A stretch of 63,063 bases of DNA, the filler included, from Nemertoderma westbladi (taxonomy: Eukaryota > Animalia > Xenacoelomorpha), in the NCBI GenBank assembly GCA_032718475.1. It is 4 parts of 4 records of this genome, joined end to end, with 100 filler letters (N's around TTAATTAATTAA, not from the genome) between each part and the next. Parts side by side here need not be neighbours in the genome. Positions count along the whole stretch, not along the records: positions 24,577 to 42,803 come from JAUCBJ010002002.1; 3 more parts are not named here. The stretch is one strand, 5' to 3'. The notes beneath the pieces were generated by a model that saw only the letters and a program-made list of their open reading frames with translations, was not told where the DNA came from and did not search any database. This document shows positions 24,577 through 37,788 of the stretch, one piece after another. Made by a program: the position numbers and the translations under genes. Within the stretch, counting starts at the first letter, position 1, and every line of letters starts with the position of its first letter.

Positions 24577-24962
24577 ATTATAATTTAGTTTTAATAAAAC
24601 TAAATTTATAGTAATATGAATGGGTATTTAAACCCATAGAGAAAGTCAGGTGAATGGGAATTCAAGTAAATCCCAATGTATATCCCAATAATATATTATA
24701 TATTTGCAGAAGAAACTGATAGTAGCGGTGGTACAACAAACTCATGACACGCCCTGATTTTTTTTTTGGGCTAATTCCTCTTTTATATTTCTTTCATTTA
24801 GGGCAAACATCACATTTAAAAACTATATACATTACCATTATGTACTGTACACTTTCCCTTTACCAGTTTCCTAGCAACATAATTATAAACATAAACATAA
24901 AAAAAAATAAAAAAAGAAAGAAGGGCCTGTTTAGAGGCCTATGACGACCACTGACAGTCAGT

Positions 24963-25290
24963 CTAGCCGGTGTTGGTATCGGCGTTAGTCAGGCGAATCG
25001 AGTCTGCGGACACCTGATGATAAACGGGGCGTTTAGCGGCGGATCTCGCTCCACGGAGACACATCAAACTGGAGCGGAGAAGAGCGAAGCTTATCTTCCT
25101 CCGCGTCCAGCAGATACACTCAGAGTAGCTGAGGTCGCGACGATCCGAAAGTTTAAGCGATAAACGCTTAACAAACTGTTGCATCGCTGGCGCCGTACCG
25201 CCAAAGGCTGAAAGTATCAGAGGCACAAACGACGACAGCTCGACCTCTCGGATGCGCTCCTCGTACTTCAGGCGTTTCCGCGCCTCACGC
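24963..25290 (-). mobile_element. 3' fragment of a second CRE-like retrotransposon (REL domain end)
   Basis: ..FVPLILSAFGG..FVKRLSLKLSDRRDLSYSECICWTRRKISFALLRSSLMCLRGAR; same motif family as 726-1215 but a different DNA sequence. Confidence 0.72.
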
Positions 25291-27584
25291 CCTGGTACAA
25301 TTAGTTAGTCCGACGAAACGTTATAGAAAGGAGATTATCCTTGCGTACGTGGGCAGAGACGGCGTGGCTATTTATATTTACAGCTACGCGGACAAATTGT
25401 ACAGCCGCACCTACGGAGATATTGAGGCTATTTTTACAGCCAAAGGAGGAAATGAAAATATAGTAACTATTTTAAAGTTATAGCAGGATTAATTAACATG
25501 TGTTGATTAATTAATATATAAGCTGACAAGAGTTGGTGGAAGTTGAATATAATCGAATTAATTAAACTATAAGATAAAATAAGAAATAAATAATTGAAAT
25601 AATAAAATGACTAAAGTGATTGTTTGAACAGATTACAATTTAATGACTCGGACATTGTGTAATGTATGTTTACATAGAGACAATGATGAATGTTTAACTA
25701 CTGACTAATTATGAAAGTTTGCCAGATGACTGACTGCACTGTGTGCAGAAAACAGCTTGTGTTTGTACCATGACAGCTGAGTGATTTGTGTGTATGTTTA
25801 ATAATATAATAACAGCTGGTATTTAAATAATATTAACTGTAGTCACATAGGATACATATGATTGTGCCGATTTTTGACAGAGAATAGGGAGTTAATATAA
25901 CCCTACTATCAATTATTTAGGACTTAGGAATATAAGAGTTAATAGTAACTTTATTACAATTAATTAGGTTGCAATGGTTTATACTGGTTGAGTTACACAC
26001 AAACTTGTATTACGTCACAGTAAATTATAAATACTAAAGGATTTAACACAGCCGTACACGATTTACAATTAATCTAATATTATAACGAACCTGTCTTTAG
26101 ACTGGGTAGTTTTTGTCTAAAGCTGAGGCCGGCAAAAACACGATGGATATATATATTTACCTATATCACTATATCACTATATATGTCACTATGTATGTTC
26201 ACCAAATGGCTTGAAACCACTTGCATGCATTGTAAAATTGTAAACGCAAGTATTTATCAATTGTTGTCTAGTTGTTGAATAAAAAAGTTGGGAACGATTC
26301 GAAGTGCGATATTCGAAATATTTGCATATTTTCAACATTATTGAACGCGAAATTAAATACCCACAACTCCCTTGCTTGAAATGTTTTTCAGGTGATTGAT
26401 ATTTAGCAATTATTATGAGGTTACTTACTACTGAAATCTGACAGAATGCCAAACGTATTATTATAGTTCTATCTCTATTCAGCCAGTTAGTGTAATGTCA
26501 AGCAGTACATCATTTATATATCGTATGTATCTATAGGGCCTAATTGTCATCGTTATAATACTGTCATCAACTTAGGCTAAGGTCAATTGTAATGCAAAGG
26601 CTTAGTAGGTTTTGTATATCTGGGACGTTTACAACAGCTGTCGATTAAACTAACAAAACCATAAAACTGAACCAGGGTGGCTGCCAGCCGGGTACCAACG
26701 GCTGTTGGGTAGACTTAAGGGAACATTTCACAAACTTTCATAGGATGCTTGTACATGTACATTATATTGGTTGCTCCGATGTTTTTATTAGGCTAACTGA
26801 GAATGTATCAGGTATAAATACTGTAATTATAGTGTTCTTTATTTTATTTATCTAATACAGAAAAGACCCCTCCGCAGAATAAACTGCTCTTTTGGGCCGT
26901 TTCTCAGGTTGCGGATATGGATACCATTTCACACATCATCGTAGTAATTGTGATTATGATTTGTTTGCCTAGGCGAATGTGTATTACATTAGATGGGAGG
27001 CAGTTTTTTGGTTGATGCAAGTCATTCTTGGTTTGCATCTTCCAATCCCATCTGTTTCTTGGAGTCTGTGTAAGACAGGTTCGTTTAAAGCCATCTTGAT
27101 GGCGTTCTAGTTATGTAACACCATTGGTAAAATAATCAAGAATGATCCCACTGCATCCATGTACATGTAGCTGTACCCAAATGTCCCTTAATTTCCCAGT
27201 ATGACTTTAAATGTCCGCTGATTTCTTCTTACCTAATTTCTCTATAGTAATATGATTAATAACTAATATGATTTCTTATTTAAAAACTAATTATAAAAAA
27301 ATAATAGCGTCTGCTTTGGTTTCATCCTAAGTAATAATAACATTATTTACATAAAAACGCAAAAAATTTAAGTGATTTCTCGTACCTAGTATAAATTTAA
27401 CAATTGCCTACCGCATTTTAACAACATATATATATATAATAATCCATTGTTGTCGATCTCAGTTTTATTTAATTTTTGAACAACTATTCACACCCTATTA
27501 TACCTAGAAACCGGATCCAACACAATTTGGTTTGTAAACCTTTATAAAATAACAATATATTAGATTACTATATACTATTATACT

Positions 27585-27655
27585 CTATACTGTATACTGT
27601 ACTGTACTGTACTGTACTGTACTGTATGTGTGTACTGTGTGTGTACTGTACTATA
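27585..27655. repeat. (TACTG)n microsatellite
   Basis: TACTGTACTGTACTG run with degenerate flanks. Confidence 0.85.
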
Positions 27656-27716
27656 TACAATATACTGTAGACTTACCTCAATAATAACTAAATTAAATAA
27701 ATATCACGATATTTAA

Positions 27717-27854
27717 CTAACCAGTAACTCTTCTCTTCACTTCTAGATCTTCTGATATTTCCTGGTGAGCAACACTTGCAGCTGCAAGTCTATTGACTTG
27801 TAGTGTCAAAAGTAATAGGCATAATAATGCCTTCACCATATCAGGGACTGCCAT
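27717..27854 (-). CDS. Candidate first coding exon / short ORF of a small secreted peptide
   Basis: Reads MAVPDMVKALLCLLLLTLQVNRLAAASVAHQEISEDLEVKRRVTG*; signal-peptide-like N-terminus and KR site; acceptor CCCATTTAG just upstream of the ATG; donor-like GTTAGT at 27721 and GTAAGT near 27676. Below the ORF-track size cutoff. Confidence 0.4.
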   Translation of the reverse strand: MAVPDMVKALLCLLLLTLQVNRLAAASVAHQEISEDLEVKRRVTG

Positions 27855-28666
27855 AAGGCTAAGTACCCTAAATGGGATATAGGCCTACCGGGTACAATAA
27901 CCCAGAAGTTGGAACCACCAAGTCGAATAATTAAATTAAATATTGGAAATATAATTAAATTAAGTATAATATTGTATCCGTGTTGTACATTCGTACATTA
28001 TATTCCTGTAGTTATGAGAAGCAACAGAACCTGCAATATTAAGCTTATGGATTTTTTCTCATGTGGAATGATGATGTACATGTAGAGAATAGTATATCTT
28101 AATCCTCTCTCCACAAGCGATCCATATTCATCTGTAATACCCATTCCTTGTATACAAGAGTAATACCCCCTTAGTACAATGTATTTAGCTACACTAACAT
28201 GTAACTCATGGAATAAGGGGATTATAATATTCACTGACCTCTGTTGCATGACATTCGATTTTTAAGCATCTCATAACTCACATTGTTAGTAACGATGTAA
28301 TTTATGAGATAGTCGACATGAGACAATAATAAAATGTGGTCACAAAATTCCAAATAATTGGAACCATGAAACGTTGACATATAATTACTTTTCATATCCA
28401 TTCAACATAAAACCGTTCTTAATACACCTTACATGGTTAATCTCGGATATCTCCATCATCTTCCACTCGATTCCGCAACAGTTTAACTTCTAACATCACC
28501 ACTGAGTATCTTAAATCTCTATGGGAAGATCAGGTATTCCACATATGGACATAGAATTCTAGGGGAATAAAATACTTGTCGCCAATTTTAAAATAAATAA
28601 ACTACCTTTGAATCGTTCGTGAAGAAATATTTATGCCTTTGTTGACGATATACAAAATGTGCTGTA

Positions 28667-29563
28667 TACTACTAGGATCGTCATGCTGCATAGCAGCTGC
28701 ATTTTTAAGAATGCTGTGCCGGCTTGTCGACAAAATTGCGCCGCCACAACTCCCCATCACCCATGACATTTGCTAGATCATCCTCATCTTCAAGGCCAGT
28801 GTCCATTAAGATGCGTCTCAAGAAAGTCATGGGCTGTCCACCATGCTTATTCACTCCATGAGGGTGCCAAAGCACAAGATTATGCACTGGCTGGTCCTCG
28901 GCGAGCGCAATGTCCTACAAAGCGGAGGCGACTTTGTTCTAGTGTCAAGATTGGGGAACCAATGAGACACCTTTAATGTTATATAGTGTCTGGTTGGAGA
29001 TGTGTGCATTATACTTGACACAATGAACCCGGCGTAGCATTCTTGTGAATGTGCCATCCAGAGATTTGGTGTCCTCAGCAGTTAGAGCCCAGTATGGACT
29101 CCCATAGAGGAGTACTGGAACTACTGCTGCTCTAAATAATCGGACCTTAAGTTTCCGATTAATTCTCGGTGACTTCCAAATCCTGGAAAGCCTATTCAAG
29201 GCTGCCCATGCCTTTCCCTTACGTATTCGAAGGTCCTCACCTGACTTCCGGATCCATAAATCCAGGTAACAGAAGTCGTCGACATACTCAAGCATACCAT
29301 CCTTTGAGCTTATGCTCATCCGTTCAGAGACTTGATGAGGACTTTCAAAGTTAACTGTCAAAATTTTGGTCTTTCTGGAGTTAATAAAAAGACCAACACT
29401 AGAAGCAGCCTGTTCTAATGCGCTGAGAAGACGTTGGACGTCATCAGCAAAGTCTAGATCAGTTAGGTACTTGGCACGATTTCCTCGACTTCTGGAGCCA
29501 GTAGGTGGAGTTATCATCACCCCATCATCATTATGATGATCTAAAGACATGCGTAGAACATAG
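28667..29563 (-). mobile_element. RTE LINE copy 2, 3' part (split by a DNA transposon)
   Basis: Near-identical to other copies, (TAG)n tail at about 28667; breaks at GAACATAG (29563) and resumes at 37557. Confidence 0.92.
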
Positions 29564-30587
29564 CGTCACCTTCAAGGCAGAACCCCCTAAGTCGATTTTT
29601 TTCGATTTTCATGTTTTTGACTTTTTGGGTAATTCGATATCGGCTTTTTCGTCTGGCAGAACCCCGAAGCTTTTCTACCAGCCATTTTTGAGTTATAAGC
29701 CAAAGACAGTTCCCCGTAACTTATGCCCACTTCGAGGCAGAACCCCACAAGTCAATAATTGGCTTGCAAAACACCGTAAATTCAAGTATATGAAATTCAG
29801 TCCACTTGGCAAAACCCCTTAAATTAGAAATAACAAACTGTAAAACCCCTTAAATCAGAAACAATAGCCTGGCAAAACCCCGTAATTTATCATTTATATA
29901 CTGGTTTGTATTGCGGCCAGGACACAAATATTAATGAGGGGCACAAACATTATTGAGGGACACAAAACATTAATAGGGGTCCATGGTTGCCTATGGATAT
30001 TAATATGAGCGATGGTGATGCTTGCCATCAGACGATTAGATATTAAGTGATTAACTGGAATTAATACTACCATGGGAACGTGAGCTTCGATCAAAGTACC
30101 GCCGTTTTGTATACATTCCATCTTCCTAATTAGATGGAAATTAATTGAAAGCAACGTTTGGTTACCTTGTTCAGCTGCCTGTTTTACTGCTACCCCCCCC
30201 CCCCCCCCCCCCCCCGGCTGTTATACCCCCATATTTTCAATTTACCTCCTACCACCACCATTCATGTTACCCCCCCCCCCCCCCCCCCCCCCCCCCTCCC
30301 CCATTCCTATCTCCCCCTCATGTTCATCATTTTTTTACTCCTACTCCTTCCCTTTTTAGTAACAACATCGTTTATTGTTTTGGTTAGAAAAACCATCTCT
30401 GTAACCTGATCCTATCCTTCAATTGGCAATAACATAGTTTATTGGTTTGGTCAAATTAATATGTTATTATTTATTGTTGTTATTTTATTTCTTAACAGTA
30501 ATGAGAATTGTAATACTGTAATATATTGTATGTGCATGGGTGGTAACATGAATCATACTAAGTGCGAAGGGCGATAGTAGTGCCCAT

Positions 30588-30956
30588 GATTAATGTTTGT
30601 GCCCTTGATTGATATCTGTCCCTTGTTTATTGTTTGTGTCTCTCATTAATGTTTGTGTCCCTCATTAATGTTTGTGTATACTCATTAATGTTTGTGTCCC
30701 TCATTAATATTTGTGTCCCTCATTAATGTTTGTGTCCCTAATTAATGTTTGTGTCCCTCATTAATGTTTGTGTCCCTAATTAATGTTTGTGCCCCTCATT
30801 AATGTTTGTGCCCTTGATTGATATCTGTCCCTTGTTTATTGTTTGTGTCTCTCATTAATGTTTGTGTATCTCATTAATGTTTGTGTCCCTCATTAATGTT
30901 TGTGTCCCTCATTAATGTTTGTGTCCCTCATTAATGTTTGTGTCCCTCATTAATGT
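30588..30956. repeat. 19-bp minisatellite (CCCTCATTAATGTTTGTGT)n, left part
   Basis: Direct reading; the same array resumes at 35065; inverted units at about 29920-29975. Confidence 0.9.
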
Positions 30957-33900
30957 ATATTGTATATTCTGAACACGAAGTCCACTTTGCACCATAACAT
31001 TATTAATTTTTTATTACTACACCACCATCACCAAACAACCAATAAATGTAAGCGTTATTTACCAGAATAAGGCCTTAACGGAATTAATATATAACAGCTT
31101 CGGCAATTTAAAATTAATATGTAATTCAGTCATCCAAAACCGTCGCAATGGGGAAAAATATATACAATCAGATGTAACACACCTGGAGATAATAGTATTA
31201 GATGATTTATCGATCCTAACAATGAAATTATAAATGAGATTACGAATCACAGCAGCACAACTAGGCAAACGATTAAATAAAAACATTTCTGAGGCACTAC
31301 AATTTTTGGGATATCCCATAAGAATTCGAAATGTATTATTATATGATGCTGTAAATTTATTATATATAGTTTTAGTATAATTGCACCATAAGTGAGCTGT
31401 ATACATCGGCGTACAATAGGATTGAAATAAACGTTGCTTAATATCATTTGAACACATAAAAAATCTGCGTTTCAAACTATTTGCCTGCATATATAGTTTC
31501 CTACGTTGTCGTAAAATATCTCTATCATCAGATAGTGTATTGGTAATATAATGTCCTAAATATTTATATTCTTTTTTGATTGGAAGAGCAATATTGCCTA
31601 TTTTAAATGAAGGAAAATTCCACGATATTTGAGATTTTGATCGAATATATAAAGTAGCACTTTTTGTTGCGTTGAAAATTACATCATATTCGTCTCCAAA
31701 CTCAGAGCACAAATACAGCAGTTTTTGCATACCTTTTACAGACGGAGACAATAAAACTAAATCATCAGCGTACAAAATATCATTGCATAATGTATGATAC
31801 ATAAGACACCCTATATTGCAGCTATTTAATTTAGTAGATAATATATTCATATAAATGTTAAATAGGAAAGGGCTCAGTATTCCACCCTGTCTTACTCCGT
31901 TAGAAACGGTGAAAGAAGCTGAAACATTTGGGCCCCACCTAATACAGAATGTTTGATGAACATACCAGAAAATTATTAATCGCACTATATATTGGGGAAC
32001 CCCCCGTTTAATTAGAGTACCAAAAAGCACATCATGGTTTATTCTATCAAATGCCTTAGAGGCGTCCAAGAAAGTGACAAACATAGTAGATTGTAACTGT
32101 CTGTATTTGTATATGCTACTACTGCTACTGTACTTTAAATGTTCTGCAAATATGCCGTCTAAACCACAAGATTTATTATTTGATAAAGACTCAATATTAC
32201 TACGAACCTCCTCAGCACTAACACACATATCTTCGTAATTAATATTATCGGTACAGTGTAAATTATTGGTTGTGCGCTTTAAACAATTAAAAAGATCATA
32301 ATAATGTTTACGCCACATCTCAGCAATCTCTGCAGTACCTGTAGTACCATCAATCGAAGTTGGTAATGGAGTATTACAATTGTTTATTTTTTTAATTTCT
32401 TTCCAAAAGTCACGAGTATTTTTACCAGACAGTTTTTTGGCTAACATTTCGCAACGAATTTTGTTTTCGTTATTTTTGGCTGCACGGACAGCGTATTTAA
32501 AACGCAAGTCCGCTCGCCTTTTCAGATCGAAAATTGGGCCAGATCGGGGTCGTCCGGCCTCACGCCACAGAGAGAATGTATCGCGAGATGCATCATAATG
32601 TTGCCTAATCAGATCATTCCACCCAGGAATGATATTTTTACTATTTGTTCTAGAACCATTAGTGTGTTCGGATTCATGTAAGGCAGAAATAACCGATTCA
32701 TAAAAATTTTCTAAATTAGATATATGGTCACTATCTGTACAGTTAATGTCTTTACATAAAATATAATCGCCAGTACACGAGGAGAGCTTATCTAATTTAA
32801 GCGCCGTTTGCTCACAAAAATTATCTATATCTTTTTTATTAGCTCTACTCCAATTAAATTTACATCCGGTGCTGCGTACAGAGTCATCACTGTTAAAAAA
32901 ATTTACAGAAGGCACCGCAGATACATTTAAACCAAGGTCAAACGGAATATGATCCACACCACGTGAATCATCATACAAAATGTTTAGGCGTGTAATAGCA
33001 CTGTGAGCATCAGCTGTGCACAGGCAGTGGTCAAGCCACGATACTGAGCCCCTACTACTACTAGGATCGGCATGCTGCATTGCAGCTGCATTTTTAAGAA
33101 TGCTGTGCCGGCTTGTCAACAAAATTGCACCGCCACAACTCCCTATCACCCATGACATTTGCTAGATCATCCGCATCTTTAAGGCCAGTGTCCTTTAAGA
33201 TGCGTCTCAAGAAAGTCATGGGCTGTCCACCATGCTTATTCACTCCATGAGGCTGCCAAAGTACAAGATTATGCACTGGCTGGTCCTCACGGCGAAAGCA
33301 ATGTCCTGCAAAGCGGAGGCGATTTTGTTCTAGTGTCAAGCTTGGGGGAACCAATGAGACACCTCCAATGTTATATAGTGTCTGGTTGGAGATGTGTGCA
33401 TTGTACTTGACACAATGTACCCGGCGTAGCATTCTTGTGAATGTGCCATCCAGAGATTTGGTGTCCTCAGCAGTTAGAGCCCAGCATGGACTCCCGTAGA
33501 GGAGTACTGGAACTACTGCTGCTCTGAATAATCGGACCTTAAGTTTCCGATTAATTCTAGGTGACTTCCAAATCCTGGAAAGCCTATTCAAGGCTGCCCA
33601 TGCCTTTCCCTTACGTATTCGAAGGTCCTCACCTGACTTCCGGATCCATGATCCCAGGTAACAGAAGTCGTCCACATGCTCAAGCATACCATCCTTTGAG
33701 CTTATGCTCATCCGATCAGAGACTTGCTGAGGACTTTCAAAGTTAACTGTCAGAATTTTGGTCTTTCTGGAGTTAGATAAAAAGACCAACACTAGAAGCA
33801 GCATGTTCTAATGAGCTGAGGAGCCGCTGGGCTCCCTCTAATGATTCTGAGAGTACTCCTAAGTCATCAGCAAAGTCTAGATCAGTTAGGTACTTGGCAG

Positions 33901-35068
33901 GATTTCCTCGACTTCTGGAGCCAGTAGGTGGAGTTATCATCACCCCATCATCATTATGATGATCTAAGGACATGCGTAGAACATAGTCAACCACAAGAAT
34001 GAACAAGAATGGTGCAAGTGTGTCTCCTTGGAGGACGCCCCATAACACTTCAAATGGTTCTGTGTCACCATCAACAGTAGACACAAATGTTGTCGAACAA
34101 TCGTATACTGATCTGATTGCTGCAATAATTTCATCAGGAATCCCATATAATGAAAGTATGCTGAACATACGTGAGCGAGAGACTGAATCAAAGGCCTTGA
34201 AGAAGTCAACAAAGATAACAGCCAGATGCCTGTCTTTCTTTTTTGATAACTCTTCAATTATCCTTCTAAGTGCCAAAATGGGCTCCATGGTCCCACGACC
34301 TTTACGGAACCCATTCTGATTTCCACGTAGCAGTCTCTCAATGGGATCCCTGATGCGATTTAATAGAATTCTATTGTATAGTTTTGCAGCAATCGAGATC
34401 AATGAGATTCCCCGAAAAGAACCATAGAGTGTTAGGTTGCCCTTCTTGGGAACTGGCACCAACTTATTTGTTTTCATTTCTTGTGGGACTCTTGTTGTTC
34501 GGTACATGTCTACTATGATGGGATAGATGAGCTTTAAACACTCAGGTATTTTAAAGACCTCAGGGGGAACACCATCTACTCCACTGGCACGATTGGTCTT
34601 AATGCTCTTTGCAGCAGCCTTCACTTCTGCAAAGAAGATGAGCCCCAGTAACTATCAACATATGTAAATCCTGAGTTAATAAACTGCTTACTCGACAAAA
34701 TTAAGTCCGTGTCACTACAAAACTCAATAAGGTGTTTACCAAACAATGATTTATCATCAGATATATCAGAGTTAAAATATCCTATAATAAAAGTCGTGCT
34801 AGTTCCCAATTCATCAATAAGATTATGTATTGTACCCAACTTAAACAAAAAATCCGCCTCATTATCGCGGTGTTCAAATGGCAGATACACATTTATGAAA
34901 ACAAATTTATGATTATCAATATTGATTTCTATTGCACATAGCCAATCGTAATCGAATGATAAAGGTTGTATGTAATTATCGTACTGTGATTTCCAAAAAA
35001 TCGCTACTCCGCCTTTGTTCCTCCCATGATGAACACCACTACCGTAATCTGTAACTGCAACCCCATGT
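30956..35068 (-). mobile_element. APE-RT non-LTR retrotransposon (clade uncertain, possibly Proto2-like), 5'-truncated and interrupted by an RTE copy
   Basis: APE motifs GGVAIFWK, NVYLP, FTYVDSYWGS|VSWLDH; RT motifs FLDASKAFDRINH, GVRQGGILSP, LYADD; apparent internal deletion near 32100-32130. Confidence 0.85.
33053..34638 (-). mobile_element. RTE LINE copy 3, nested in the APE domain of the host LINE
   Basis: (TAG)n tail at 33053; TGAGCCCC duplicated at 33045-33052 and 34639-34646; one frameshift near 33775 separates ORFs 33773-34624 and 33094-33804. Confidence 0.95.
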
Positions 35069-35602
35069 TTGTGTCCCTCATTAATGTTTGTGTATCTCAT
35101 TAATGTTTGTGTCCTTCATTAATGTTTGTGTCCCTCATTAATGTTTGTGTCCCTGATTAATATTTGTGTCCCTCATTAATGTTTGTGTCCCTCATTAATG
35201 TTTGTGCCCTTGATTGATATCTGTCCCTCGTTTATTGTTTGTGTCCCTCATTAATGTTTATGTACCTCATTAATGTTTGTGAACCTCATTAATGTTTGTA
35301 TATCACATTAATGTTTGTGTTCCTCATTAATGTTTGTGTATCTCATTAATGTTTGTGTCCCTGATTAATATTTGTGTCCCTCATTAATGTTTGTGTACCT
35401 TATTAATGTTTGCGTCCCTCATTAATGTTTGTGTCCCTCATTAATGTTTGTGTCCCTGATTAATATTTGTGTCCCTCATTAATGTTTGTGTCCCTCATTA
35501 ATGTTTGTGCCCTTGATTGATATCTGTCCCTCGTTTATTGTTTGTGTCCCTCATTAATGTTTATGTACCTCATTAATGTTTGTGTCCCTCATTAATGTTT
35601 GT
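35065..35602. repeat. 19-bp minisatellite, right part
   Basis: Same unit and the same CCCTTGATTGATATCTGTCCC variant as 30588-30956. Confidence 0.9.
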
Positions 35603-35865
35603 ATATATGTTCGGCAACCTGACATGCTCACCAAGTTGCTGATAGAGTTGCTCAAAATGTTGCCACGTACTGTAGAAAAAACAGGTCTTTAATTATTCGT
35701 CATGACGTACTGTAAGTGAACTTTACTTTAACTTTAACGTAGCTGTAACCCTGTAGCTAGACTTTGTTCTTACTGTAGAGTGCCACCCATAGCTATATTT
35801 TGTACTTAGAGTTCCGCTTTCTTGAATCTAAATTTTGTTCTTATAGTTCTGCATTTGGCTACATT

Positions 35866-36873
35866 TTGAAGTGTTATGGGGCGTCCTCCAAGGAGACACA
35901 CTTGCACCATTCTTGTTCATTATTGTGGTTGACTATGTTCTACGCATGTCCTTGGATCATCATGGTGATGATGGGGTGATGATAACTCCACCTACTGGCT
36001 CCAGAAGTCGAGGAAATCCTGCCAAGTACCTAACTGATCTAGACTTTGCTGATGACTTAGGAGTACTCTCAGAATCATTAGAGGGAGCCCAGCGGCTCCT
36101 CAGCTCATTAGAACATGCTGCTTCTAGTGTTGGTCTTTTTATTAACTCCAGAAAGACCAAAATTCTGACAGTTAACTTTGAAAGTCCTCAGCAAGTCTCT
36201 GATCGGATGAGCATAAGCTCAAAGGATGGTATGCTTGAGCATGTGGACGACTTCTGTTACCTGGGATCATGGATCCGGAAGTCAGGTGAGGACCTTCGAA
36301 TACGTAAGGGAAAGGCATGGGCAGCCTTGAATAGGCTTTCCAGGATTTGGAAGTCACCTAGAATTAATCGGAAACTTAAGGTCCGATTATTTAGAGCAGC
36401 AGTAGTTCCAGTACTCCTCTACGGTAGTCCATGCTGGGCTCTAACTGCTGAGGACACCAAATCTCTGGATGGCACATTCACAAGAATGCTACGCCGGGTA
36501 CATTGTGTCAAGTACAATGCACACATCTCCAACCAGACACTATATAACATTGGAGGTGTCTCATTGGTTCCCCCAAGCTTGACACTAGAACAAAATCGCC
36601 TCCGCTTTGCAGGACATTGCTTTCGCCGTGAGGACCAGCCAGTGCATAATCTTGTACTTTGGCAGCCTCATGGAGTGAATAAGCATGGTGGACAGCCCAT
36701 GACTTTCTTGAGACGCATCTTAAAGGACACTGGCCTTAAAGATGCGGATGATCTAGCAAATGTCATGGGTGATAGGGAGTTGTGGAGGTGCAATTTTGTT
36801 GACAAGCCGGCACAGCATTCTTAAAAATGCAGCTGCAATGCAGCATGCCGATCCTAGTAGTAGTAGTAGTAGT
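35866..36873 (+). mobile_element. RTE LINE copy 4, 5'-truncated, with open C-terminal RT frame
   Basis: ORF 35871-36824; 3' UTR AAATGCAGCTGCAATGCAGCATGCCGATCC then (TAG)n. Confidence 0.95.
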
Positions 36874-37556
36874 TCAATTTGTATTGATACATGATTCTAA
36901 CTACAGTCCCGTACTTATTTTAGAAGCAATTAATACCAAAATATCAAAAACTTATGGAGCCCTTTAGAATTTTGAATTCAAAAATTTCCAACATGTGCGC
37001 AAGTGTGTTAGATATATTCTATGTGATTATTTGTTATTATTGCGTTTACAGGTAATACTAACACCTGATCATGTGCTAGTTAACATGTTAGATAGCACGT
37101 ATTAGCTAATAACAAATGCGCACATGTATTACGTTCGCACTACGAACTAAATAATTAAGGACGCACGATACGCCTTGGGTATTATTTGATATACAGTATT
37201 TTGCGTGTTTTTTGTAAAAATTCGGACTTGTGGTGTTTTGCCAAATTGAGGATACCTTGTTTTCTAGGCAATACCCCGCAACTATCGTATAGTTACGGGA
37301 TAATACCAGAAAATGGTGTTCACCTTTGTTTTGGCAAAACACCATAAGTCAGAATTTTTACAAAAAAACCGCAATATATTTCAAAGGTAATTCTAAATCA
37401 AATTGAAAGTTTAGTTATATGAATTCTATATATATTTAGTTATCAAAAAACACAATAACAAGTAAACTGAGGCATCTCTCTAAAAAATAAACAGTTTTTA
37501 TCGATTATCTCAGAACTACAAAAATCGACTTAGGGGGTTCTGCCTTGAAGGTGACG

Positions 37557-37788
37557 ATAGTCAACAACAATTATGAACAAGAAGGGTGCAAGTGCGTCTC
37601 CCTGGAGGACGCCCCATAACACTTCAAATGGTTCCGTGTCACCGTCAACAGTAGACACAAATGTTGTCGAACCATCGTATACTGATCTGATTGCTGCAAT
37701 AATTTCATCAGGAATCCCACATAATGAAAGTAAGGTGAACATACGTGAGCGAGAGACTGAAACAAAGGCCTTGAAGAAGTCAACAAAG
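37557..37788 (-). mobile_element. RTE LINE copy 2, 5' part
   Basis: Continues the RT sequence exactly where 29563 stops (ATAG-TCAAC..); encodes GIPDEIIAAIRSVYDG..GVLQGDALAP. Confidence 0.9.

Larger units (their letters stand above)
29564..37556. mobile_element. Non-autonomous TIR DNA transposon (37-bp TIRs, 4-bp TSD ATAG) carrying nested insertions
   Basis: CGTCACCTTCAAGGCAGAACCCCCTAAGTCGATTTTT at 29564-29600 and its reverse complement at 37520-37556; ATAG at 29560-63 and 37557-60; subterminal GGCA(G/A)AACCCC repeats; no transposase ORF seen. Confidence 0.9.

Noticed and set aside
31059-33158. 699-aa ORF as a fusion gene
   Set aside because: Its first ~35 residues are an off-frame read through the nested RTE 3' end and tail into the host LINE ORF.
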